This document shows, in pieces, positions 1 through 10,400 of a stretch of 64,000 nt of DNA. Both the position numbers and the translations under genes were made by a program. The stretch comes from Azolla caroliniana. Taxonomy: Eukaryota > Plantae > Polypodiophyta. Where the stretch lies: contig JBHGNT010000016.1 in NCBI GenBank assembly GCA_043228905.1, forward strand, positions 10,602,001 through 10,666,000, read 5' to 3'. Numbering within the stretch: the first letter of the stretch is position 1; the number at the start of each line of letters is the position of its first letter. The notes under the pieces were generated by a model that was not told the origin of the DNA, ran no database searches, and worked only from the letters and a program-made list of their open reading frames with translations.

Positions 1-190
1 TAGGACTTGTATAAAAGCGTTCATTGAACACATATATGTACAGAGTGGTGAATAGAGATTTATGGTTTTTTTAATATAGTTCTTGTGTTTTCTCTCTCTC
101 ACTCTCTCACTCTCTCCCACGTATACTGCGTAAGCTCAAGCTCTCCATTAAACCTGAGTTTTCTTCCTTCTATTCGGTCTTTATACTTGC
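1..190 (+). mobile_element. Partial Ty1/copia LTR (family A), runs off the window start and lacks its last ~20 bp
   Basis: Matches 5097-5286 of the LTR at 4855-5306 with about 2 mismatches. Stops at ...ATACTTGC and is joined directly to minus-strand RT sequence. Confidence 0.93.
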
Positions 191-2853
191 AGAGGAGTTG
201 AGACGGACTTACAGTCGGCCATCCCAAATTTGAAGAGCATACTTAGCACGTAATGACGTTGGCTGATCAATATGCCTTCGGGGGTATGGATCACTTCGAT
301 CCTGAGGAAGTAATGAAGGTCCCCCAGATCCTTCATGTCGAACGATGCCGCAAGCTGGAGCTTCATGCGGTCAATTTCACCGAGGTCGGCGCCGGTGATG
401 ACCAAGTCATCAACATATAGCAAAATACTAACCGGTCCGAGTCAACCTTTCCGGATGAACAGGGAAGAGTCTGATTTTGACGTGACGAAGCCCAGCCGAC
501 GCAGTTGTTGCGTGATCTTCGCGTTCCAGGCACGCGGAGCTTGCTTCAGTCCGTAAAGGGACATCTTCAGTCGGCATATTGCCGAGGAGTTCGTTCTAGA
601 GGGAAATCCAGGGGGTTGTACCATGTACACCTATTCCTCAAGGTCACCTTGTAGGAACGCATTCTTTACATCCATCTGATGTAGGTGCCACCCCTTGGCC
701 GCGGCTACTGTGAGCAAAACACGGATGGTCATCATTTTCGCGACCGGCGCAAACGTCTCATCGTAGTCGATGCCTTGTTTCTGCGCGTAGCCCTTTGCCA
801 CTAGCCGAGCCTTGTACCGGTTGACCGAGCCCTCGGTGTTGTACTTGACCTTGTACACCCACCTACACCTGATTGGGATTACCCCTGTTGGTGCGTCAAC
901 CAGGTCCCAGGTCTCATTCTCTGCCAATGCGTGCATCTCTTCCTCCATCGCGGCACGCCAATTCGCGTCTTTAGCCGCTTCTGCGTAGCTCTCCGGCTCA
1001 CGCACTTCTGCTACACGGGTCATGTACGCATAATGATGCGCCATGTACTCGTTGTATCCGAACCGCAAACACTTGATCTTTCATCCCGTTTCCGTTTCCA
1101 CGAACCCTTTGAGGTCCCAGAAGCAGTCGAAGACTTCGCTCTTCCTCTCAATGAGGTAGATCCACGTGTGCCGTGTGTGGTCGTCAATGAGGGAGACGAA
1201 ATATCGGCTCCCGCCAAGACTAACGTTTTGTGCCGGCCCCCACACATCGGAGTGTATAAGGTCGAGCTTATTCCGGCTCCGGTTTCGCTCGTTGGGGAAA
1301 GGAAGTCGGTGTTGCTTCCCGAGCTGGCAGGCTTCACAAATTTGTGCCTTTCGGCCACTAAATTTGGGCAATCCGAATACTACCTGTTTCGATTGCAGAT
1401 CTTGAAGCCGCTGGTAGTTGACGTGGCCTATCCGCTTATGCCACAAGTCGATGTCCGACTCGGTTTTTCTTCCCTTCGCGAACATTGCGGTGCCGCCGTC
1501 AGTGGAGTCGAGGATGAACATCCTCCCATCTCTGCGCCCTTGCGCAATCACACGGCCTTCTTCCTCAATGAAGCACCCGAGGTGTGTAAACCGAACCTCC
1601 ATCCCTTGGTCGACGATCTGTCCGACCGAGACCAAGTTCTTCGTGATTGTCGGAACGTGCAACACGTTCATATGTTTCCCTTTCTGCCCGACATGGCTAA
1701 GGGGAACTTCTCCGACATTCGCGATCGGATGCGGAGTGTCGTCTCCTGTTGCGACTACTCCAAGTTGTATCGGTTTTCCAAGGTACGAGAACCACTCCTT
1801 ATGGCTCTTCATGTGGTTTGACGCGCCGGAGTCTACGTACCACACCTCGTCCGACCTTGGGGTGGTTTGTTTCATTGAGTTTGCTTCGTGTCTCGTCACG
1901 AATGCAGACCCTTCTCCGGCTCTCCCGGAGTCTTCGGTGTAGTGCGATCGCTGCCGATTTCCCTTGTCGGTATGTCCGGAGCCGTTTCCGGAACCGGTTC
2001 TCTCCGAATCGGCGCGCTTCTTCCAGCACTCACTTTCCCTGTGGCCTTTCTTGCCACAGTACCAGCACTCTGCAATGGCCTTCCCTTGCCGGTTCTCATC
2101 GCTTCGACTCCCTCTGTTTCCGAAGGGTCCGGAGTTGCTGTCGGCATCACTTCGGTGCCTTCTTCCTTGATCTCGTCGGCCACCTCCATTGCGCGCCGAC
2201 TTGCCTCGTCCTCCACGTCCACGGGGCCTATCTCCCTCCGTGTACAACATTCTGTTGTCGGTGTGCGTGCTTGTAGACGCATCCGCGTGGTTCTCCTCTA
2301 CCAGGAGCATTGACTGTAAGTCGAAAAAGGACGGCGTATTCTCCCGGGTACACACAACCGTTCGGAACACTCCGAACTTCAACGCCAAACCTCCGAGACA
2401 GATCTGGACCATCTCGCTCTCCTCGATGTTCACCTCTATGGAGGCGAGGGAGTCGCATATATCCTTGATCTTCGAGGTATAGTCCGCCACCGACAAGTCG
2501 CGTTGTCGTAGGTTGCTCAACTCCTGTCGGAGCTGAAGCTTCCTGGCTGTGGTGCTCGCGGCGAAAATCTTCTTCAGATTTTCCCACGCACCCTTCGGCG
2601 TCTTTGCATCCCGAACATAGCTCAATAGTTGTTCGCCCACACACGATGCGAAGCAGTATAATACCCTGCTCGCCGATTGCTCCGACGACGGGAAGTCTCT
2701 GTGTGTCAATTCGGGTGCCGCCTCATTAGCTCCTTCGACATAACTCCAGTAGCCATGCCCGAGCAGGTACTGGTGCATCTTGTAGGACCAAGACGCGTAG
2801 TTGGTTCTGTCGAGCTTCTCTGTTGGAAGCGAGCTCGCCATGCCTCTATCCAT
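191..2853 (-). pseudogene. Copia family A gag-pol, 5' half (Gag, CCHC knuckle, protease, GAG-pre-integrase, partial integrase, RT), disrupted
   Basis: ORFs 1081..2853 (CWYCGKKGHRESEC, WYVDSGASNHM, LWHKRIGH, CEAC, IHSDVWGP), 631..1068 ([19 protein letters not shown]), 442..630 and 181..423 (LYVDD). In-frame stops, and a ~0.9-kb integrase deletion at ~1069 relative to the copy at 19657-24907. Confidence 0.95.
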
Positions 2854-2913
2854 CGTTCTTCTCGTTCTTCTTCGTCAAGCTGTGTCGGCTGCAGAGAGGT
2901 TCTCAACCCTCGC

Positions 2914-2925
2914 GCTCTGATACCA
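2914..2925 (-). promoter_or_regulatory. Primer binding site, tRNA-iMet
   Basis: Reverse complement is TGGTATCAGAGC, immediately inside the LTR end (CA). Confidence 0.95.
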
Positions 2926-3322
2926 TGTAGAAAGTAGCGTGCGGAAGCAAGTATGAAGACCGAACAGAAGGCTGAACGCTCAGGTTTAATGGAGAGCTTG
3001 AGCTTACGCAGTATATGCGGGAGAGACAGAGAGAGTGAGAGAGAGAAAGACACCAGAGCTATATTCAACACTCTATTCACCACTCTATACATATGTGTGT
3101 TCAATGAACACTTTTATACAAGTCCTAGAAGGACTGACCGAAGTACTGACAGTACTTCAATGCTCATCAAGAGCTCCTACACTAACTCCCAAATAAATTC
3201 CTCACGGAATATCTTTCCTAACGGCCTCCTGGTTTACGCACCGGCCTAACCGATCGGTCCCAACCGATCCGGTCCTTGGCTTCTTTAGCCGATCCGGCCG
3301 ATGTTGAGCTTGTCTCTCAACA
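2926..3322 (-). mobile_element. 5' LTR of copia family A (397 bp)
   Basis: Minus strand TGTTGAGAGAC...CTACA. Homologous to the LTRs at 4855-5306 and 19657-20048. Adjacent PBS. Confidence 0.95.
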
Positions 3323-4776
3323 GAAAGGTATGCGACCCGACGAGGTTCCAACAAATTATCGGAAGCCTCATATACTTGACCATCACCCGACCCGACCTCA
3401 GTTATCCGGTCGGAGTGATCAGTTAGTTCATGGCGCGACCTACCGAGGAGCACCTTCAGTGTGAGCAACGCATACTTCGGTATATCAACGACACTAAGGA
3501 CCGGGGACTGCTATATCGGACCGGTGCAGCCGCGCAGTTAGTCGGCTACACCGATGCTGATTGGGTTGGCAACGCCGCCGATCGCCAATCCACATCCAGA
3601 TACGCGTTCTCCATCGGCAGTGCCGCGATCGCGTGGAGCAGTAAGAAGCAGCCGACAGTTGCACTGTCGAGCACCGAAGCTGAGTATCGAGGAGTGGCCG
3701 TCGCGACATGTGAAGCCATATGGTTGAAGCGGCTACTTAGGGACCTGTAAGAGGAGCACCTTCAGTGTGAGCAACGCATACTTCGGTATATCAACGACAC
3801 TAAGGACCGGGGACTGCTATATCGGACCGGTGCAGCCGCGCAGTTAGTCGGCTACACCGATGCTGATTGGGTTGGCAACGCCGCCGATCGCCAATCCACA
3901 TCCAGATACGCGTTCTCCATCGGCAGTGCCGCGATCGCGTGGAGCAGTAAGAAGCAGCCGACAGTTGCACTGTCGAGCACCGAAGCTGAGTATCGAGGAG
4001 TGGCCGTCGCGACATGTGAAGCCATATGGTTGAAGCGGCTACTTAGGGACCTGTAAGAGGAGGTGTCAGATCCGACGACGATCTACTACGACAACCTCAG
4101 CAGCATCCAGCTCGCGAAAAACCCTGTTTTCCACGCACGGCCCAAGCACATTGTGGTGCACTACCATTTCGTCCGTAAGCGTGTCCTTTCCGGTGAAGTC
4201 GAACTTCAATACGTTCCAACGGATCGGCAGACTGCCGACATCTTCACCAAGCCTCTTGGTCTGGACAAGTTACGACAATTCTCAGGTGTGCTAGGATTGC
4301 GTCACCTTGACGTGCCAAACTTGAGGGGGAGAACAGTCCCGAATGACCAAGCAAGGCAGCAAAGGAGTGGAGACCGCGACACCGAGTCGGTTGACTCGGT
4401 TGTCGAGTTCGACTTCGGATCGGCTGAAGAAGCCGAGGGCGGACCCGCGGAAAAGTCCGGAAGCGGACAAAAGGAGAGCAGCCGAAGGAGAGAGTCGAAG
4501 CCAACCACGCATGGCGAAGATGACGCCATCGAGCAAAAGACCGAAGACAAGTTGGAGACAGCCAACTCGGACGAGAGCGAAAACCGATCGGAGGTAGCCG
4601 AGTCGGTTCGGATGTTTGATTCAGATACGCTGAATCAACCGAGGCCCAAGCGGAAGAAAAGGCAGCAGGAGAAGCGTCAACACCGCAACAGCAGAAGAGC
4701 TGATAAGGGCCACATGAGCAGACAAGCCGACCGGAAGTGTCGAAGCGCGCGGAGTCGAACAGGTCGTGGAGCGTGA
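3323..4776 (+). pseudogene. Copia family A pol, 3' half (RT end, RNase H, charged C-terminal extension)
   Basis: IGSLIYLTITRPDL, VGYTDADW, SSTEAEY, HARPKHI, ADIFTKPL in ORFs 3430..3750 and 4063..4776. Opposite orientation to the 5' half. Confidence 0.93.
3445..4056 (+). repeat. Exact 306-bp tandem duplication inside RNase H
   Basis: 3445-3750 equals 3751-4056. GAGGAG occurs at 3445, 3751 and 4057. Confidence 0.97.
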
Positions 4777-4854
4777 GCGAGGCGTGAAGCCAGGAGGAAC
4801 CGGAGCTGTGAGCCCGAAGATCCCGAAGAGCCTCAAATTGAGCTTGAGGGGGAG

Positions 4855-5306
4855 TGTTGAGAGACAAGCTCAACATCGGCCGGATCGGCTGAAGAAGCCG
4901 AGGACCGGATCGGTTGGGACCGATCGGTTAGGCCGAATGCGTAAACCAGTACACAGACCGGTGCGTAGGTAGGGCCGGATCGGTGCGTAAACCGGGAGGC
5001 TGTTAGGAAAGATATTCCGTGAGGAATATATTTGGGAGGTAGTGTAGGAGCTCTTAATGAGCATTGAAATACTGTCAGTACTTCGGTCAGTCCTTCTAGG
5101 ACCTGTATAAAAGCGTTCATTGAACACATATATGTACAGAGTGGTGAATAGAGATTTATGGTTTTTTTAATATAGTTCTTGTGTTTTCTCTCTCTCACTC
5201 TCTCACTCTCTCCCACGTATACTGCGTAAGCTCAAGCTCTCCATTAAACCTGAGTTTTCTTCCTTCTGTTCGGTCTTTATACTTGCTTCCGCACGTTACT
5301 TTTACA
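4855..5306 (+). mobile_element. 3' LTR of copia family A (452 bp), preceded by PPT GAGGGGGAG (4846-4854)
   Basis: TGTTGAGAGAC...TTTTACA, with a TATAAAA at ~5106. Confidence 0.95.
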
Positions 5307-5483
5307 CAAATAATGTGTAAACTCTGTATATAGGATGTGCTCAGAGAGCACTTTTATACAAGTCCATACAAACTGACAGAAGTACTGACATGTACTTCAA
5401 TGCTCATAACTAAGCCCCTACACTAATTCCCAAATATATTCCCTCGCAGAATATCTGTTCAACAACCTCCTGGTTTCCGCACA
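5307..5483 (-). mobile_element. Fragment of an older, related copia LTR
   Basis: Diverged match to the family A LTR core (CACTTTTATACAAGTCC...GAAGTACTGACA...TACTTCAATGCTCA...CCTCCTGGTTT). Confidence 0.8.
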
Positions 5484-5764
5484 TTACACATTATACATTA
5501 CACCTTACCCTCCCGTACACCTATACGGGTAACACCTGGCATGCCGGTCGAACAATGCATTGCACGTCGATCCCACAAAGCCCATGCCAAAAACTTGTTG
5601 ATCGGAAACTCCATCGGTCTTCTCTCGATGGTCAGAAACCCTTGACATGATTACTACTCTACATCGATAACTTCGATCGGAGCTGGCTTGACACGAACCT
5701 TCTCATTTGGTCAGCATATCGCATGATTGGATCACACACCAATCGGCTTGTCCATTGTGGTAAA

Positions 5765-6230
5765 GTCGTTGAGGGTTTAAAAAGATTGTGGGTGTGTGTA
5801 TACATATATATATATTTCTACATTAGTGTGAGTGGTGTCGTTGAGGGTTAAAAAAGATTGTGGGTGTATGTGTATACATATATATATTTCTACATTAGTG
5901 TGAGTGGTGGTGACTTCTTTTGTACCATTGAGTTTTTGAAATTCTATTTCGTACCCCTCAATTTGTTTTGAAATTCTAGTCAGTACCCTTAAGTTTGGGG
6001 AATTAGTGGTGTCGTTGAGGGTTAAAAAAGATTGTGGGTGTATGTGTATACATATATATATTTCTACATTAGTGTGAGTGGTGGTGACTTCTTTTGTACC
6101 ATTGAGTTTTTGAAATTCTATTTCGTACCCCTCAATTTGTTTTGAAATTCTAGTAAGTACCCCCTTAAGTTTGGGGAATTCTATCAGCTGCCCTTGAGTT
6201 CTTGAAATTTGATTCTGTGTACCCCTCTCT
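5765..6230. repeat. Complex tandem repeat (a ~72-bp unit, then two ~174-bp units, with ~30-bp GAAATTCTA...GTACCCCT subrepeats)
   Basis: GTCGTTGAGGGTT(T/A)AAAAAGATTGTGGGTG starts at ~5765, 5837 and 6011. Confidence 0.85.
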
Positions 6231-7476
6231 GTTTTAGGTTTCCTTTTTGTTTTTCTTTCTTTTCTCTTGCTTACTTTTTCATCTACTTGACTCTTTCATC
6301 TTCTTCTGTCGTTTTTTCTCTTCTTCTTCTTCCTTTCTTTCTGTTCAGTCTTTACTTCTCTCTGTGTCATCGTTGTCATCATCTTTTTCTTCATCTCTTT
6401 CTCACAGGGGAGAAAAGCGGCCTTCCTTCTCCTTCTATCTTGCTTGTCTGTCTGTCGTGTCTGTCTGACGGGAGCCGAATCGTCGCTTGGCCATTTCTAG
6501 ACCGTCTCGTGGCAATCATTCGGCCGCGTCTCGGCCGCGACTTGGCCTGTGTTCAGTTTCTTGGCCATGTCTTGGTCGTCATTTGGTCGCCGCTCAGCAA
6601 GATCTCGGGCATTTCTTGGCCACATCTCAGTCGATTGTCCCTCAGTCGGTGCTTGACCCACTGTTCAAGCTTCTCTCGGCCACGTTTCAGCCGACTGTTG
6701 TTTCTTGGCTGACTCTCGGCCGTCTTAACAGTCGTCCCGCGGCTGATGCTCGGCCGACTGTCCGTTAGCCAACACTCTGCCGTGTTTGGACCATCTCGTG
6801 CCGGTCACCGGCCGTGTCTCGGCCTTCGCTCGGCCACGCTCTCGGCTCGGGAGCCTTGTGTTCTTGTCTCTCTCTCTCTCCGCGGCCGTCTATGCCCGTC
6901 TGATGTTGTTTGATATAGAGATAATGAACTAGAATGCCCTTTAGTTTGAGTCTCCTCTCCACCTCTCACAACGCAAGAACTTCTAGGCCTATGCCCTTAG
7001 CAATATGCATAAAGATTCCTCGAAATCCCCTCATTAGGGATTGGAAAATGACAGAAAATGCATGTCCAGAGCTTCCTAAGCTTTGGGTTAGAGTCTTTGT
7101 AAGAATCTTTTTAAGTTGTAGTTGGAGATGATCTTCATAAGACTTGATGTTGTAGCGAGGCCTAAGAGCATCAAAATGGAAACTTATACTCATAGGCTGA
7201 AACTGTCTCATCACCATATTCCTTGCATCATATCCATTTCTATTACCTCTAAAAATATTCACACTTTTCTAAAAGAATTACAAACGCGTAAAGCATAATG
7301 GCAATAATGACCATTCGAGATCTAAAAAGTTTGTGATTAGCAGGCAGAAGAGGAGGAGAAAGGATCAATGATTGGAGCTATCCACTCATCGTGATCTAAT
7401 CTTCAAGAAGCTTCTTCATCAAGGAATGAGAGTTCTTTGCAAAAGTATCGAGAAGCATAAGATCTCCATGGCTATG

Positions 7477-10400
7477 TCTATAGATAGATAGATAGATAGA
7501 TTATATTATTGTTTTCGGAGGTCAAATATAACCTATGAGACCAAAAATATTATATTTCACGTGATATGTGTGAAAGTGAGTAGTGACTCTCGATGTTCAA
7601 GAACTTCACCAATTAATGTTGCAATTGAGAGTGCACATTGTGATTGTAAGAGGAATTCATGCAAAGATTGGGCTCGATCGAAAAGATGTGGAAAACATGG
7701 TCGAATATGATCAAAGGCAGAGCATTGTATCAAAGTGATACTTAGACTCGCGAACTTGTTTAGGGCAAAGTGTGCATAGCCGACCACTCTCATCACTTGT
7801 ACCCCAACGCCCTATTTCACATCGCAATGCATGTGAGCTAAGTCGCATGGAAGCAATGGTTCTAATGGCAGATAACGGTATAGGCTCTAACATATATGGA
7901 TGTGTATGATTTCCTCGTTCCACAAAGAATATGGTTTGTAGTTAGGTGCAACATGTGTAGTATAATGTGTGAAGCGTGAGACTCCACATTTGTCCCATGT
8001 CATGATACATTGGCGTTGCAAAAAGGCCTCATTTACAGAGGAATCTAATGATGCATCATGAAACAAGTGTCTCGCATCCCATCTACCAAACCATTTTTCT
8101 ATATCTTGCATTTAGCCGGAACACAAAATTTTGCTTTTATGTATCTTTTAGATCTTTTTGCTTGCTTCCCACGCAATTCTAGGAAGTCGATATGAGGGGC
8201 TTTTTTGAACCTTAAGCATGTATTCAACAACCCTTTCCATGGTCATGATCTCAATGGGAAGCGATCCCATCTCAAGGAGGAGGAGGGTGTAGGGCGTTTG
8301 TTTCTTAACTTGTAGAAACTTGGTAAGAAAATGCTTTTGGACATTTTCAAACTCTTTATACATAGATGTAGGGATACTACCGCCCCATACTTCCACCCCA
8401 TAGAGAAGAATCGGTGTCACCAAAGTGTTGAAAAGATATTTCTTGAGGACCCAACACTTAATATCTCCAAGATTGCATGTGTTCTCAAATGCATAGTATG
8501 CTCGCTTGCCCGCCTCTAAGCGGCGTGTAGCACATTCATTCCATCTATGATTTGAAAGAACTTCAAGGCCAAGATATTTGAAGCTCTCCACACATTCAAG
8601 TGGCTCATTGTTGTACATAATGCATGGTTTATCTCTTTTTTGGCTCTTCACAAGCATAATCTTTGTTTTAGAGCTATTGACACTTAATTTAGTATGCATG
8701 CAAATTTTTTCCAATGCCTTCATAAACTTTTGTGCATCTCCTAAAGTGTTTGCAAAAAGCACTACATTATCTGCATATAGCAAAAGCATAATTACAACAT
8801 TCCCAATGGCAACTTCTTCAACACATTCTTCCTTTTCAAACTTGGTAACCATTTCTTCCAATTCATCAATGCATAGACCAAATAGTGTTGGTGAGAGTGG
8901 ACATCCTTGCTTAACACCAATAGAGCTTTTGAAAAAATCTAAAAGTTTATCTCTCATGCGCACACAACATATAACCTTCTCATAAATTCAGGAAATTGCA
9001 AGCATATATTCACTTGGCACCTCAAGTTCTTCCATTCGCCTCCAAAGATGCTCACGAGGTACCATATCAAAAGCTTTCTTGAAGTCTACAAAGCAACAAT
9101 ATAAACCTTTACCTCTAAGGCGACTTTCCTCCGTTAATACTCGAAGGGTGATAAGGTGATCAATGGTGCTATGGTGTTTTTGAAAGCCAACTTGTCCATA
9201 AACTCTCTTACCACTTTTTTCAGCCCATACACTTATCATTGATTCCATTATACATTCAAATAGTTTTGCCATTAATGAGCCAACCATGATGGTTCGATAG
9301 TTGTTTACATTATTTATATCTCTACCTTTATGTAAAGGTTTGATCCAATTTGTAGTCCAATCGTACGACATACCATGTTGCAATGCATCATTAAACATAT
9401 CGCTTATCTATATATGTGTTTCCTTTCCCATCCATTTGAGCATTTTAGCCTTTATACATTGAAGATCGCTTGCCTTTCGAGAGGCCAATTTCTTAAGTCC
9501 TATGCATATATCTTTAATTGTAAAGAAGGGAGGCATATGTGAAAGAGAACCATAACACATCATCTTTCCGGCAAGAGATAACTCATATAAATTCTTACAA
9601 TGCATAGACAAGTTGTGAAGAGTTAAGTCACCATAACTCTCAACACGTTGTCGCGTTGTTACGCGCGTGCGTGGAGAAAGGCGGGACCACGGGGGTCTTG
9701 GACTAGGGAGTGACGGAGCGTAGGAAGTTGTGCTTCACCATTTTCGGGGGATCCTAGAAGAACACCGGATGCGACCGAAGGGAGAGAGAGAGAGAGAGGG
9801 AGCGCGCGCTTAACACCGACTCACGCACACACACACACATGCCGACCCGACTCACGCCCTTATGTATAGGAAACGCAGGAAAGGGGAAGCACCCGACACC
9901 AACAGAGACGCGAATATACACAGACAGACGCAAACGTATATATATATATATATATATAAGAAGAATACATTCCCGGCTTCGAGCCGGACCAAGATAGCTT
10001 ACAATAGTCGTCTGCTGTCAAGCCGCCGTTGGGGAGCTCTCGGGCCCGTCGCGCCGAGCGGGGTCTTGCACAGGAGATGAGCTGCAGCAAACCCTAAGCG
10101 AACACGAATGGGGGAGAAGAAGAAGAAACTAACTCTAAACCTAACGGTATACCCTCTAATGCAAAATGGGCAACCCTTTCACAAAGGGTGTTCCCTTCCT
10201 TTTATAGAACAAGGACAGGGATGCGTTACAATGTGGGATAAACCCCGACTTACATGGGACCGTCTGTCCCGACTTGACTACTTTTCGGCGCCATAAAGGC
10301 GCCCTCGTTATTCACACTAAATGTACATGGGTGCGTACACACGCTGCACCCCACCGATGTAGCCAATGTTTCCCGGTTTCCGCCTCTGGCCAAAATTCTT

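Noticed and set aside
931-2313. Long antisense ORFs over gag-pol (also 23139..23913 and 38671..39495)
   Set aside because: Shadow ORFs of GC-rich coding sequence with no independent motifs.
4244-4876. 210-aa antisense ORF in the copia 3' region
   Set aside because: Starts at TTG and is truncated to 114 aa in the sibling copy. Conservation is better explained by the sense-strand tail.
6209-7262. Host protein-coding ORFs
   Set aside because: Low-complexity or motif-less, with no splice or domain support.
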